A stretch of 64,000 bases of DNA from an uncultured Dehalococcoidales bacterium (GTDB lineage Bacteria > Chloroflexota > Dehalococcoidia > Dehalococcoidales > CAYYQY01), in assembly GCA_964473905.1 (NCBI GenBank), contig CAYYQY010000003.1:20546-84545 (forward strand), in the 5' to 3' direction. The notes beneath the pieces were generated by a model. The model did not search any database, was not told where the DNA came from, and saw nothing but the letters and a program-made list of their open reading frames with translations. How positions within the stretch are numbered: the stretch's first letter is position 1; the number at the start of each line of letters is the position of its first letter. Positions 1 to 10,393 of this stretch are shown here, piece after piece. The position numbers and the translations under genes were made by a program.

Positions 1-3000
1 ACCGTCTGATTATTATATGGCTGTCTTCGGTGGAGACGGACTCCACTCTGGCACTGGTAGCCAGGGTCTTTATTTTTACCGCGTAGAGCAGGTTATTTAC
101 CTCCGGCGGCAATTTACCAAAGCGGTCTTTGAAGTCGTAAGCCAGGGTATCTATCTCCTCAACACTGTCTATTCTGGTAAGGCGCTGATAGAGGCTTAAC
201 CTGGTATCCAGGTCCGGTATATAGTCTTCAGGTATATGGGCGGCTAGAGGCAGGTCAACGGTGGACGCTGGCAGGCGTGCCAGGCTGGCGGCCAGTTCCG
301 GCTCGCCGTTACGTTTTGCTTTTTGCCCTGCTACCGCTTCGGCTAAAAGCCGCGTATAGAGGCCAAAACCGACAGCACTGATGTGTCCGCTCTGTTTGAC
401 TCCGAGCAGTGTGCCGGCGCCTCTAATCTCCAGGTCTTTGATGGCGATATTATAACCGGAGCCGAGCTCGGTCGCCTCAAATATCGTCCGCAGACGTTTT
501 TCGGCCGTCGTGGAGAGAATCGTTTCTTTATCATATAGAAAATAACCGTAGGCGAGATTTGTCCCGCGGCCCACTCTGCCCCGGAGCTGGTATAGCTGAG
601 TTAGTCCGAACCTGTCGGCGTCATTGACAATGAGAGTATTGACATTCGGCAGGTCAAGCCCCGACTCAATGATTGTGGTGCATACCAGGACGTCGCTTTT
701 GCCCTGCGTGAAATCCGTCATAACTCGCTCAAGCTCGGCTTCCGGCATCTGGCCGTGACCGATGACAATACTGGCCTCGGGTACGAGGTGTTGAAGTTTA
801 TTTGCCATGTAGGCGATACTCTGCACCCGGTTATGAACGAAGAAGACCTGCCCGTTTCTCTCCAGTTCACGGAGTACCGTCTCTCTAATAAGGTGGTCAT
901 CGTAGGCGGCGACAAATGTTTTTACCGGCAGGCGCTGTTCCGGTGGCGTCTCCATGGTGCTCATATCCCGGACACCAACCAGGGCCATGTGCAGGGTACG
1001 GGGGATAGGGGTGGCACTGAGCGTGAGCACGTCAACCTCGTGCCGCAGCTTCTTCAGGGACTCTTTATGGGTGACACCAAACCGCTGCTCTTCGTCAATG
1101 ATGATTAACCCCAGGTCTTTAAAGACCACGTCTTTTTGCAGCAGCCGGTGGGTGCCGATGCAGATGTCCACGCTGCCGTTGGCCAGACCGTCCAGGATAG
1201 CCTGTTGCTCCTTTGGTGTTCGGAAGCGGCTCAAAACACTGACCTTGACGGGGAAGGCGTTAAGCCGCTCGCTGAAGGTAATGAAGTGCTGGTCGGCGAG
1301 TACGGTGGTCGGTACCAGCACCGCTACCTGCTTGTTTTCCACCACCGCCTTAAAGGCAGCACGGATGGCAACCTCGGTCTTGCCGTAGCCTACGTCGCCG
1401 CAGACTAGCCTGTCCATGGGGCCTGCTTTTTCCATGTCCTCTTTTACCGCGCGCTGCACCACTATCTGGTCCGGCGTTTCCACATAAGGGAAAGCGGCCT
1501 CCATCTCCTGCTGCCATACCGTATCTTGGGAGAAGGCGAAGCCAGGCACCAGTTGCCGGGCGGCATAGAGTTCAATGAGGTCCTGGGCAATATCCAATGC
1601 TGATTCATTTACTCTTTGCTTGGTGCGTGTCCACTCCTGGCTACCCAGGTGGCTTAATGCCGGTGGCTGTTCGCTGGCCCCTATGTAGCGTTCGATGCGG
1701 TCTATCTGGTCGGAGGGGACATATAGTCTGTCGCTGCCGGCGTACTGCAGCACCAGGTATTCCTTCTCCGTATGATTGGTACGCATGGTGGTAACACCGC
1801 TGAACCGGCCGATGCCGTGCTCTACGTGTACCACGTATTCGCCCGGGGTTATTTCGGCGACAGTCTTGTGGGATGCTACCGGACGTTTCCTGCCCGCCCT
1901 GCTTTGCTTGACAAAACCAAAGATTTCGGCGTCGGTGAAGAGGTGGGTGTTATCGTTCATTACCCAGCCCTCGGGCAGCGAGCCTTTAACCAGCATCAGC
2001 GCACCGGGCGGTGGTATCTCGTTAATCTCGCTACGGACGGGGGCGATGACATCCTCTTCATCCAGCAGTTCGGATAACCTGTCAGCCTGGTGACTCAGGA
2101 TTACGATTCTTTGTCTCCGGTCCAGCATTGGTCTAATGCTTTTAATGAATGATACGAGCTGTCCGGCATAAATAGCCGCCGGAGTAAAGCCCAAGCTATA
2201 TAGAGGTTCGCTATCGGGCACCTGCCAGGAAGTAATGTGGAGTTTCGGCTGTGTTTCCAGTGACGGTTCAAGCTCACTCCAGTTGAAGTAGGGCCGGGGA
2301 AAATTGGGGGGTAGTTCTCCCCCAGCTATCTTCTCACTTCGTATCTCTTCGGCTTCTTTGTCCAGGTCGGCGATGGCTACCTTAATATTTTCCGGCTCAT
2401 CGAGTATTATCCTGGTGTCCCGGGGCAGGTAGTTCAGCAGAGAGTCATGGTTAAATAGCGGCGCGTAGAATAGCCCGGCGTCCGGGGTTTGCCGGCTTTG
2501 CATCAGGGCAATGTCCTGGCTGAACTGCTCTCTGGTTTCGGGTTTCAAGCAGCTGAGGTTAAGGCCGACCAGTATTTGCGTAAGCTCTTCACTACCTGAC
2601 AGCAGCGAAGCGAGCAGTGCCGTGGCCGGGCTGGCGATAACGGATGGCACCGGCTTCAGAGAACGCTGGTTTACCGGGTCGAATAGCCGGATACTGTCCA
2701 CGGTATTGCCAAAGAACTCTATCCTGACCGGTAGTTCGCTGTTTACCGGGTAAATATCAATAATGCCGCCGCGGTGGCTTATGGTGCCGGGCACCTCCAC
2801 CATGTTTTCCAGTGTGTAGCCGGTGGCCTGCCACCTGCCAAGTAGCTCAAACGGCTCGATATTCATACCGAGTTTAACATCACGCACCGCGCCGGTAAAG
2901 ATATCGAAGCGGGTTGTCTTCTGCATCAGGGCAGGGGCAGAGGCGACTACCAGCGGTGGCCCCGAAGTTGTGTCTTTACCGCACAGAGACCACAGCACCT

Positions 3001-3322
3001 GTATTCTGCCCATTTCCGTGGCGGTATCTGAGGTGATACGCTGGTAGGGCAGGGCGTCAGGTTCGGTGAACAGGAAAATGCCCGAAGCCGGGCACCACGT
3101 GACGAGCTGCTCATATAGCTTCCTGGCGCGCTCCGGCTGGGCGGTAACCAGCAGTACGGGTGAGCCGAGGTGGCGGTACAGCGCGGCTATGAGATAAGGC
3201 CTGGCTGCGTCCAGCAGCGAGGCACTCGTCCTGTTTTCCCCCTGAGAAAGCCTGTCCAGAAGCTTGCGGTAGGCAGGTAATTCCTTGATAAGCTCAAGCA
3301 GCTGATTAAGGTTAGTTTGCAT
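1..3322 (-). CDS. mfd: Transcription-repair coupling factor Mfd; the C-terminal end is cut by the window edge
   Basis: Absent from the ORF track because it is open at position 1. My minus-strand translation from ATG (3322-3320) reads MQTNLNQLLELIKELPAYRKLLDRLSQGENR... Around 1340-1425 it encodes PMDRLVCGDVGYGKTEVAIRAAF, the helicase motif I of Mfd/RecG type. The short ORFs listed between 17 and 3047 are shadow frames of this gene. Confidence 0.85.
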   Translation of the reverse strand, partial: MQTNLNQLLELIKELPAYRKLLDRLSQGENRTSASLLDAARPYLIAALYRHLGSPVLLVTAQPERARKLYEQLVTWCPASGIFLFTEPDALPYQRITSDTATEMGRIQVLWSLCGKDTTSGPPLVVASAPALMQKTTRFDIFTGAVRDVKLGMNIEPFELLGRWQATGYTLENMVEVPGTISHRGGIIDIYPVNSELPVRIEFFGNTVDSIRLFDPVNQRSLKPVPSVIASPATALLASLLSGSEELTQILVGLNLSCLKPETREQFSQDIALMQSRQTPDAGLFYAPLFNHDSLLNYLPRDTRIILDEPENIKVAIADLDKEAEEIRSEKIAGGELPPNFPRPYFNWSELEPSLETQPKLHITSWQVPDSEPLYSLGFTPAAIYAGQLVSFIKSIRPMLDRRQRIVILSHQADRLSELLDEEDVIAPVRSEINEIPPPGALMLVKGSLPEGWVMNDNTHLFTDAEIFGFVKQSRAGRKRPVASHKTVAEITPGEYVVHVEHGIGRFSGVTTMRTNHTEKEYLVLQYAGSDRLYVPSDQIDRIERYIGASEQPPALSHLGSQEWTRTKQRVNESALDIAQDLIELYAARQLVPGFAFSQDTVWQQEMEAAFPYVETPDQIVVQRAVKEDMEKAGPMDRLVCGDVGYGKTEVAIRAAFKAVVENKQVAVLVPTTVLADQHFITFSERLNAFPVKVSVLSRFRTPKEQQAILDGLANGSVDICIGTHRLLQKDVVFKDLGLIIIDEEQRFGVTHKESLKKLRHEVDVLTLSATPIPRTLHMALVGVRDMSTMETPPEQRLPVKTFVAAYDDHLIRETVLRELERNGQVFFVHNRVQSIAYMANKLQHLVPEASIVIGHGQMPEAELERVMTDFTQGKSDVLVCTTIIESGLDLPNVNTLIVNDADRFGLTQLYQLRGRVGRGTNLAYGYFLYDKETILSTTAEKRLRTIFEATELGSGYNIAIKDLEIRGAGTLLGVKQSGHISAVGFGLYTRLLAEAVAGQKAKRNGEPELAASLARLPASTVDLPLAAHIPEDYIPDLDTRLSLYQRLTRIDSVEEIDTLAYDFKDRFGKLPPEVNNLLYAVKIKTLATSARVESVSTEDSHIIIRR

Positions 3323-3549
3323 ACTATTATTAACCAAACACCCATAGGGCTAGCCGGAACGGACTAGCCCTCGGCTGAAATTGTAGCATAGTCTTATTAC
3401 GAGTAACAATCTGCCCTCCGGTTGCGTGGTGAAGCGGCCAGCGTCTATAATAAATGGTTGAGGAGAGCATCTTTTATATAAATAACCCCGATAGTCCCTG
3501 CCAATTTAATTACTGATGTCCCCTTTAAAAACTGCCTGGAGGAAGTTAA

Positions 3550-5394
3550 TTGTCTTATCTGGATAGCATACTGTACCGGGTTAATAAACCGGCTCGCTAT
3601 ACCGGCAACGAGTGGAACAGCCAGGTAAAAGACTGGGATAAGACGCCCATCAGAATCGCTCTTGCCTATCCGGATTTATACGAGATAGGCATGTCCAATC
3701 TGGCTTTGCCAATCCTATATGACCTGCTTAATAGCGAACCGGATACTCTGGCGGAAAGAGTTTTTGCGCCCTGGGTGGATATGGCGGCTTTAATGCGGCA
3801 GAGTGGCATTCCCCTCTTCAGCCTGGAGTCTAAACGGCCACTAAGGGAATTTGATATTGTCGGTTTTTCTCTGGGTTACGAGCTGACCTATACCAACGTG
3901 CTCAATATGCTTGACCTGGCCGGGATACCGGTGCTGGCTGCGGCGAGGGATGATACCCATCCGCTGGTCATTGCCGGCGGTAGCTGTGTTCTCAACCCGG
4001 AGCCCATGGCCGACTTCATTGATGCGTTCGTAATCGGGGACGGCGAAGAGGTCCTGCGGGAGATGCTGGAATGCGTTCGGGAATGGCAGGGCAGGACGGC
4101 TAAAGCCCCGAAGCAGCAGCTCCTTAAAAAACTGGCTGCTCTACCCGGCATCTATGTTCCCTCTCTATATGAGATTACCTATCAGGCTGACGGTCTGCTC
4201 ACCGGGGTTACGCCCGTGGTAGATGAGGCGAGCCCGACTATCAGCAGACGGATTGTCACGGAGTTAACGGCGCCCGTAACCAGGATGGTGGTGCCCTATA
4301 TTGAAGCGGTGCATGACCGGGGCGCTATAGAGATACAGCGGGGTTGCAGCCGCGGGTGCCGTTTTTGCCAGGCCGGGATGACATACCGCCCGGTACGGGT
4401 GCGCTCTCACGAGGAGGTAATAGAGGCAACCGGCGATATTATTGCCAGCTGTGGTTATGACGAGGTATCTCTACTCTCATTAAGCAGCAGCGATTATCCT
4501 GGTATTGACCGGCTGGTAGCCAGTCTGTCCGAATGCTACCCCGGTCTCGCCATATCGCTACCGAGCATGCGCATGGACAGCTTTTCCGTAGCGCTGGCGG
4601 AATCGCTCCCCGGCCGCAAAAAGACCGGTCTTACCTTTGCTCCCGAGGCTGGTAGCCAGAGGCTGCGCCAGGTAATAAACAAAGGTATTACCGATGACCA
4701 GATTATGGAGACGGTATCCAACGCCTTTGAACATGGCTGGACGGGTCTTAAGCTTTATTTTATGTTCGGATTGCCCACGGAGACCGGGGAGGACTTGGAA
4801 GATATTATACGAATGGTGAACGGCATATATAACGCCGGACGGAAGAGCAAGAGTAGAAGACCCCGGGTGAGGGTGAGCCTGTCCAGCTTTGTCCCGAAGC
4901 CGCATACGCCGTTTCAGTGGGTAGCGCAGAAGAGTGAAGACGAGCTTAATGCCGGGTATGAATTGGTCAGGGCAGGTTTATACCGGAAGGGTATCCAGCT
5001 ATCATATCCGAACCCCAGGATGAGCCTGCTGGAAGCGGCGATATCACGTGGCGACAGACGGCTCGGCAGAGTTATTCGCCGCGCCTGGGAGTTGGGTTCT
5101 GTCTTTGATGCCTGGAGTGAACACTTCCATTATGAAAACTGGTCACGCGCATTTGAAGAAAGCGGGCTTGAGGCGAGCTTTTATGCCCGGCGCGAGCGTT
5201 CACTGGATGAAGTGCTGCCATGGTCTCATATTGATAACGGCGTAACGCCGAGCTTTCTAAAGCGAGAGTATCATCAGGCTATGGCAGGCCGGGAGACTCC
5301 AAGCTGTCTTTATGATAGCTGTAATGTGTGCGGCCTGGAAAATATTCACCCGGACTGCAACCGGAAGTTAAAGTCGCTCAATCAAAAGCGGTAA
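3550..5394 (+). CDS. Radical SAM protein with an N-terminal B12-binding-like domain (resembles the uncharacterised TIGR03960 family)
   Basis: 614 aa. [11 protein letters not shown] matches the CX3CX2C radical-SAM cluster motif. TTG start 6 nt after GGAGGA. Confidence 0.8.
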   Translation: MSYLDSILYRVNKPARYTGNEWNSQVKDWDKTPIRIALAYPDLYEIGMSNLALPILYDLLNSEPDTLAERVFAPWVDMAALMRQSGIPLFSLESKRPLREFDIVGFSLGYELTYTNVLNMLDLAGIPVLAAARDDTHPLVIAGGSCVLNPEPMADFIDAFVIGDGEEVLREMLECVREWQGRTAKAPKQQLLKKLAALPGIYVPSLYEITYQADGLLTGVTPVVDEASPTISRRIVTELTAPVTRMVVPYIEAVHDRGAIEIQRGCSRGCRFCQAGMTYRPVRVRSHEEVIEATGDIIASCGYDEVSLLSLSSSDYPGIDRLVASLSECYPGLAISLPSMRMDSFSVALAESLPGRKKTGLTFAPEAGSQRLRQVINKGITDDQIMETVSNAFEHGWTGLKLYFMFGLPTETGEDLEDIIRMVNGIYNAGRKSKSRRPRVRVSLSSFVPKPHTPFQWVAQKSEDELNAGYELVRAGLYRKGIQLSYPNPRMSLLEAAISRGDRRLGRVIRRAWELGSVFDAWSEHFHYENWSRAFEESGLEASFYARRERSLDEVLPWSHIDNGVTPSFLKREYHQAMAGRETPSCLYDSCNVCGLENIHPDCNRKLKSLNQKR

Positions 5395-7816
5395 TGGCGA
5401 CTACTCTATCACCTTCATCAAGTCTCATCAGCATTACACCCTGCGTACTCCGGCCTTGAATGGTGATTCCCTTTCTCGGATCTTTCTCAGTTACCGGCGT
5501 GCGAGTAACAATGCCCTCAGCCGATATAATCATTATCTGTTGATGGCTGGTAACTAGCTTAGCGGTAGTGACCGGGCCGGTCTTCTCAGTAACATTAAAG
5601 GTTCTGACACCACTACCGGCGCGGTGCTGATGCGGGTAGTCGGTAATTGGAGTCAGCTTCCCGAAGCCATTGGCGGTTACTACCAGGACAAAGCCATCCG
5701 GTCTAACGGTATCCAGACTCACTACCCTATCACCCTGCGCTAGACGTACACCGCGGACGCCGCCGCTTGTTCTGGAGCTGGTCCTGAGTTCTTTTACGGG
5801 AAACCTGATGGATTGACCCTGCTCAGTAATCATAATAATGTCGTCTTCTTTGCTACTGAGAGCAGTAGCTACCAGTTCGTCACCAGATTCAAGGTCCATA
5901 GCAATCAGCCCGCTGTTGCGGACGGCGGCGAATTTATCAGTGCTGGTCTTTTTAATCTCACCGTAGCCGGTGGCCATAAGTAAATAACTTTCCGGTTTGA
6001 AATCGGTAACCGTCAGCATGGTAGTTACCCTTTCCTTTTCAGCTATGGGAAAAAGGTTGGCCACTGCAGTACCTTTGGCTACTCTGGAAGTGTCGGACGG
6101 TAGCTCGTAGCACTTGAGGCTGAAGACCTTGCCCAGGCTGGTAAAGAACAGCGAATTATCGTGGGTGTCGGCGATGCTAAGGAGCCTCACCGCGTCTGTC
6201 TCTCTGGTTACCATGGCGATGATGCCACGTCCCCCGCGATGCTGAGGCTTGTAAGCCTGAGCCGGAACTCTTTTAATGAAGCCGCGGTGGCTAAGCGTCA
6301 CGGCTACTTCCTCATGGGGAACAAGGTCTTCTTCGCGGAACTGGAGTATAGCCTGGTCGCTTATCTGGGTACGTCGCTCGTCACCATATTTAGCTTTTAT
6401 TTCAGCAATCTCGGTCTTTATCAGGAGCAGTATTCTGGCCGGGTTGGCAAGCAGGTCTTCCAGGTAGGCGATTGTTTTCAGTATTTCTTCATACTCGTCA
6501 ATTATCTTTTTACGCTCCAGGTTAGCCAGTCGCCGCAGCTGCATGTCAAGTATGGCCTGTACCTGCTCGTGGGACAGACTGAATTTGCTTATTAGATTCT
6601 GCCGGGCAATCTCCACCGTTTCCGACTTGCGGATAGTTGAGATTACCTCGTCCAGGTGGTCTAAGGCGATTTTAAGTCCTTCCAGTATGTGAGCCCTCGC
6701 TTTAGCTTCGTTCAGCTCAAACCGGGAGCGCCGGGTAATGACCTCGTGGCGGAAATCTATGAAATATTGAAGGGCTTCCTTGAGGCTGATGACACGTGGC
6801 TGACCATCAACCAGTGCCAGCATGTTGATAAAGAAGGTCGATTGCATGGCGGTGTACTTGTAAAGGCTGTTAAGCACTTGCTGTGAGTGTGCCTCTTTTT
6901 TCAGTTCAATGACAACGCGCATACCGTGCCGGTCTGATTCGTCACGCAGTTCACTGACGCCCTCAACCTTCTTGTTCTTAACCAGTTGGGCTATTTTCTC
7001 TACCAGGGCTGCCTTGTTTGTCTGATAGGGTAACTCGGTGACTATTATCTGGGTACGGCCGGTACCCTGAATCTCTCCTAATATGGCCTTGGCACGGATG
7101 GTGACTCTCCCGTGACCGGTGGCGTAGGCATTCTTGATTCCTTCCTGGCCGAGGATTATACCGGACGTGGGAAAATCCGGGCCTTTGATAAACTGGATCA
7201 GGTCATCAACCGTTGCTTCGGAGTTGTCTATGAGGTAGCTGATGGCATCACATACTTCACTGAGATTATGGGGCGGAATATTCGTGGCCATACCGACAGC
7301 TATACCTGAACTGCCGTTGATTAGCAGGTTGGGGATTCTGGTAGGTAGTACCACCGGCTCTTTCAGAGAATCATCGAAGTTGGGTGAAAAATCAACAGTG
7401 TCCTTATCTATATCGGCCAGTGTCTCCATGGCTATGGCGGCCAGCCTGGCTTCCGTATAACGCATGGCTGCCGGCGGGTCGTTATCCATACTGCCGTAGT
7501 TGCCCTGTCCGTCAACGAGCATATAGCGCATGGAGAAGTCCTGTGCCATGCGTACCATCGCGTCATAAACAGACGAATCTCCGTGCGGGTGATATTTACC
7601 CAGCACTTCACCAACAATACGGGCGCTCTTTTTGTGCGGGCTGTTGGGGACCAGGCCTATCCCCTGCATTGCATAAAGAATTCGTCTGTGGACCGGTTTC
7701 AGCCCGTCTCTGACGTCAGGCAGTGCCCGGGACACGATAACGCTCATCGCGTAGTCCAGGTATGAACTTTTTATTTCATCTTCGATGTTGACCGGTTTTA
7801 CTTTTCCTAAAACCAA
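5378..7816 (-). CDS. gyrA: DNA gyrase subunit A
   Basis: 812 aa. N-terminus [49 protein letters not shown], and active-site [13 protein letters not shown] start preceded by GGGAGG. Confidence 0.97.
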   Translation of the reverse strand: MVLGKVKPVNIEDEIKSSYLDYAMSVIVSRALPDVRDGLKPVHRRILYAMQGIGLVPNSPHKKSARIVGEVLGKYHPHGDSSVYDAMVRMAQDFSMRYMLVDGQGNYGSMDNDPPAAMRYTEARLAAIAMETLADIDKDTVDFSPNFDDSLKEPVVLPTRIPNLLINGSSGIAVGMATNIPPHNLSEVCDAISYLIDNSEATVDDLIQFIKGPDFPTSGIILGQEGIKNAYATGHGRVTIRAKAILGEIQGTGRTQIIVTELPYQTNKAALVEKIAQLVKNKKVEGVSELRDESDRHGMRVVIELKKEAHSQQVLNSLYKYTAMQSTFFINMLALVDGQPRVISLKEALQYFIDFRHEVITRRSRFELNEAKARAHILEGLKIALDHLDEVISTIRKSETVEIARQNLISKFSLSHEQVQAILDMQLRRLANLERKKIIDEYEEILKTIAYLEDLLANPARILLLIKTEIAEIKAKYGDERRTQISDQAILQFREEDLVPHEEVAVTLSHRGFIKRVPAQAYKPQHRGGRGIIAMVTRETDAVRLLSIADTHDNSLFFTSLGKVFSLKCYELPSDTSRVAKGTAVANLFPIAEKERVTTMLTVTDFKPESYLLMATGYGEIKKTSTDKFAAVRNSGLIAMDLESGDELVATALSSKEDDIIMITEQGQSIRFPVKELRTSSRTSGGVRGVRLAQGDRVVSLDTVRPDGFVLVVTANGFGKLTPITDYPHQHRAGSGVRTFNVTEKTGPVTTAKLVTSHQQIMIISAEGIVTRTPVTEKDPRKGITIQGRSTQGVMLMRLDEGDRVVAITAFD

Positions 7817-7834
7817 AATTACTCAAGCCTCCCA

Positions 7835-8599
7835 TTAATTATTGCTGTCCTCTTCATCTTCCTGGTCGAGAGCATCCTCGGCGTAAGATTCTTCGTATCC
7901 CATACGTTCCCTTAACATATTATCGCTGACGTAGGTCCGTGAATCCCGGAGTGTCTTGGAGGGGAAAGACATCTGTCCGGTCTGGCTGGGGTCCTGATAT
8001 GTCTCCCTGATAATAGCCGTGACATTATCGTCACTGGCGCTAATAACGTTAGCGGCGTACCTGTTGCCACCCTGCATCAGCCTGATAAGCCGCTGCGCAA
8101 TTTTGGGGTCAATCTGTCCCACATATTCACCGTGGTTATTGCCTGCCGTGAGGTTTGAGCCGGCTATTCTGAGATACAACTGGTCGCCAGCTGCCAGCCG
8201 GACTGTGACATGACGGGGGGGCGGATAATTGAGTTTAATAACTCCAGCCTTACCCACTTCCTCTATAAAATGATGCGGCTCGGCCTTGTTTATATCCTCT
8301 TCGGCTTTTTCCTCGCCCTCTCCCAGTTGTGCCAGGCGCTGGAGGTTCTTTTTGGCGATATTGTTGTACGAATCAAGTTCCAGCGCGTAGCTATAAGCAT
8401 CACTTGATTTTGCGTACATACCGAGCTGCATGTAAGCCCTGCCCAGACGATTATAGGCTTCAATATCTTTGGGAAAGTTGTCTATTATTTCCTGATTTAC
8501 GGTTATAGCTTCTTTCCATCGTCCCTGCATGGCGAGGGCGATGGCATGTTTACTGCGCTGTCGCCTTAATCTGGCTTGTCCTTCTTCCTCGTATGTCAT
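7835..8599 (-). CDS. TPR-repeat protein with an uncharacterised C-terminal domain and an acidic tail
   Basis: 254 aa. The N-terminal half has TPR-like helices (AYNRLGRAYMQLGMYAKSSDAYSYALELD). The C-terminal about 130 aa are unassigned. The tail is DALDQEDEEDSNN. Confidence 0.6.
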   Translation of the reverse strand: MTYEEEGQARLRRQRSKHAIALAMQGRWKEAITVNQEIIDNFPKDIEAYNRLGRAYMQLGMYAKSSDAYSYALELDSYNNIAKKNLQRLAQLGEGEEKAEEDINKAEPHHFIEEVGKAGVIKLNYPPPRHVTVRLAAGDQLYLRIAGSNLTAGNNHGEYVGQIDPKIAQRLIRLMQGGNRYAANVISASDDNVTAIIRETYQDPSQTGQMSFPSKTLRDSRTYVSDNMLRERMGYEESYAEDALDQEDEEDSNN

Positions 8600-8602
8600 C
8601 AG

Positions 8603-10384
8603 TTACTCCACGGTTACACTTTTTGCCAGGTTACGCGGGAAGTCTATATCGCAACACCGCTCTTTTGCCGTGTAGTAGGCAAGAAGCTGTAAGGCTACTA
8701 CGTTCACTATCGGCGAGAATATGGCATCCACCTTCGGTACGCTGATAACGAAGTCGGCTATACTGCCGATAGTCTCGTCTTTCTCCTCGGCGAGTGCTAT
8801 GATGGGTGCTCCTCTAGCTTTCACCTCTTTTATATTGGTCAGCATGGACTCGTAGGTATTGTCCTTTGCTATTATAGCAATAACCGGGGTATTATTGCTA
8901 AGCAGGGCGAAGGGGCCGTGCTTGAGTTCTCCGGCGGCATAACCTTCGGCATGAATGTATGAAATCTCCTTTAGTTTCAGTGCTCCCTCCAGGGCTATAG
9001 GGTAGTTTATGCCTCTGCCCATAAAAAATACGTTATCGTATCCGGACAGGTAGCGGGCATGCTTAATCAAATTTTCCTCGTTGTCAAGGACCTGCTGTAC
9101 CTTGCTTGGCATCTGTCTTAAGCCCAACAGCATACCGGACAGCCTGATGGCATCTACCCTGGAGTACGACATCATCAGCCAGTAGAGTACCATGAGTTGG
9201 GCGGTAAAGCTTTTAGTAGCGGCAACACTTATCTCAGGCCCGGCCCGCGTATAGAGTTTATCGTCGGAGATACGGGCGGCGCTGCTGCCCAGAACATTGG
9301 TGATAACCATTACTTTACAACCGACTTCCTTCAGTATTTTTATAGTCTTGAGTATATCGGCTGTCTCCCCGGACTGGGTAATAACCAGGGCTACGGTGGC
9401 GGCCAGAGGTTCTCGGTAATAGCTGAACTCGGAAGCAATCTCAACTCTGGCCGGGATACCTAGCAGGTCCTGGACGAGGTACTTGCCCACCATTGCCGCG
9501 TGAAATGAAGAGCCGCAGGCCAGGATAAGCATGGCCTCTGTCTCCCGGGCCAGTATAGACTCCAGGCCGGTCAGCGGTTCCGCCGATTTCCATTCACCGA
9601 GAGTATCACGTATTACCTTGGGTTGCTCGTGAATCTCCTTTATCATGAAGTGTTCGTAGCCCGATTTACGGGCATCGTTGATAGTCCACGAGATTTTCTC
9701 TTCCTTTATTAAAACCTCTACCCCCTCTTTTTTTATCTGAATACCGTCGGTAGTGATAACGCCGATATCATCATCCTCCAGGTATATGAACCTATCCGTG
9801 TAATCCAGCAGTGCCGGTATATCAGAGGCGATAAAGTATTCCCTGTCGCCTACACCGAGAACCAGGGGATTGTCCTTTCTGGCGACCACCAGCCTGGGTT
9901 CTCCGGCTCTTAAAGCTATTATGGCAAAAGAGCCATCTATGTCCCTGAGGGCGCACTCAACCGCCTGCTCCAGGTTGCCGGTGTAGTATTTTTCAATCAG
10001 GTGCGGTATTATTTCCGTGTCTGTTTCAGAGGTAAAGTTATGTCCTTCTGCTGTGAGTTGTTCCCTTAATCTCTGAAAGTTGTTTATGACACCGTTGTGT
10101 ACAACAGCGATGTTATTATCACAATCACAGTGGGGATGAGCATTGAGCCGGCACGGTTCGCCATGGGTTGCCCATCTGGTGTGTCCGATGCCTATAGTGC
10201 CCGGTATCTGAGGCGCTATTTTACTCAGGGCTTTGACCCGGATAGCGTCTTTATATAAGTCGATGCTGTTGCCGCCTATTGCTATACCGCAGGAATCATA
10301 ACCCCGGTATTCAAGCTTGCTCAGGCAATCGAATAAAATAGGCTGGGCCTGTCTGTTTCCTATATAGCCAACAATACCACACAT
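8603..10384 (-). CDS. glmS: Glutamine--fructose-6-phosphate aminotransferase
   Basis: 593 aa. MCGIVGYIG N-terminal nucleophile Cys, a SIS-domain body, and the C-terminal ...LAKSVTVE. Confidence 0.95.
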   Translation of the reverse strand: MCGIVGYIGNRQAQPILFDCLSKLEYRGYDSCGIAIGGNSIDLYKDAIRVKALSKIAPQIPGTIGIGHTRWATHGEPCRLNAHPHCDCDNNIAVVHNGVINNFQRLREQLTAEGHNFTSETDTEIIPHLIEKYYTGNLEQAVECALRDIDGSFAIIALRAGEPRLVVARKDNPLVLGVGDREYFIASDIPALLDYTDRFIYLEDDDIGVITTDGIQIKKEGVEVLIKEEKISWTINDARKSGYEHFMIKEIHEQPKVIRDTLGEWKSAEPLTGLESILARETEAMLILACGSSFHAAMVGKYLVQDLLGIPARVEIASEFSYYREPLAATVALVITQSGETADILKTIKILKEVGCKVMVITNVLGSSAARISDDKLYTRAGPEISVAATKSFTAQLMVLYWLMMSYSRVDAIRLSGMLLGLRQMPSKVQQVLDNEENLIKHARYLSGYDNVFFMGRGINYPIALEGALKLKEISYIHAEGYAAGELKHGPFALLSNNTPVIAIIAKDNTYESMLTNIKEVKARGAPIIALAEEKDETIGSIADFVISVPKVDAIFSPIVNVVALQLLAYYTAKERCCDIDFPRNLAKSVTVE

Positions 10385-10393
10385 TGCAGAAAC

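Noticed and set aside
7540-7600. The gyrA quinolone-resistance-determining region
   Set aside because: It reads [10 protein letters not shown], with Ser and Asp at the E. coli 83 and 87 equivalents, so there is no resistance-type substitution.
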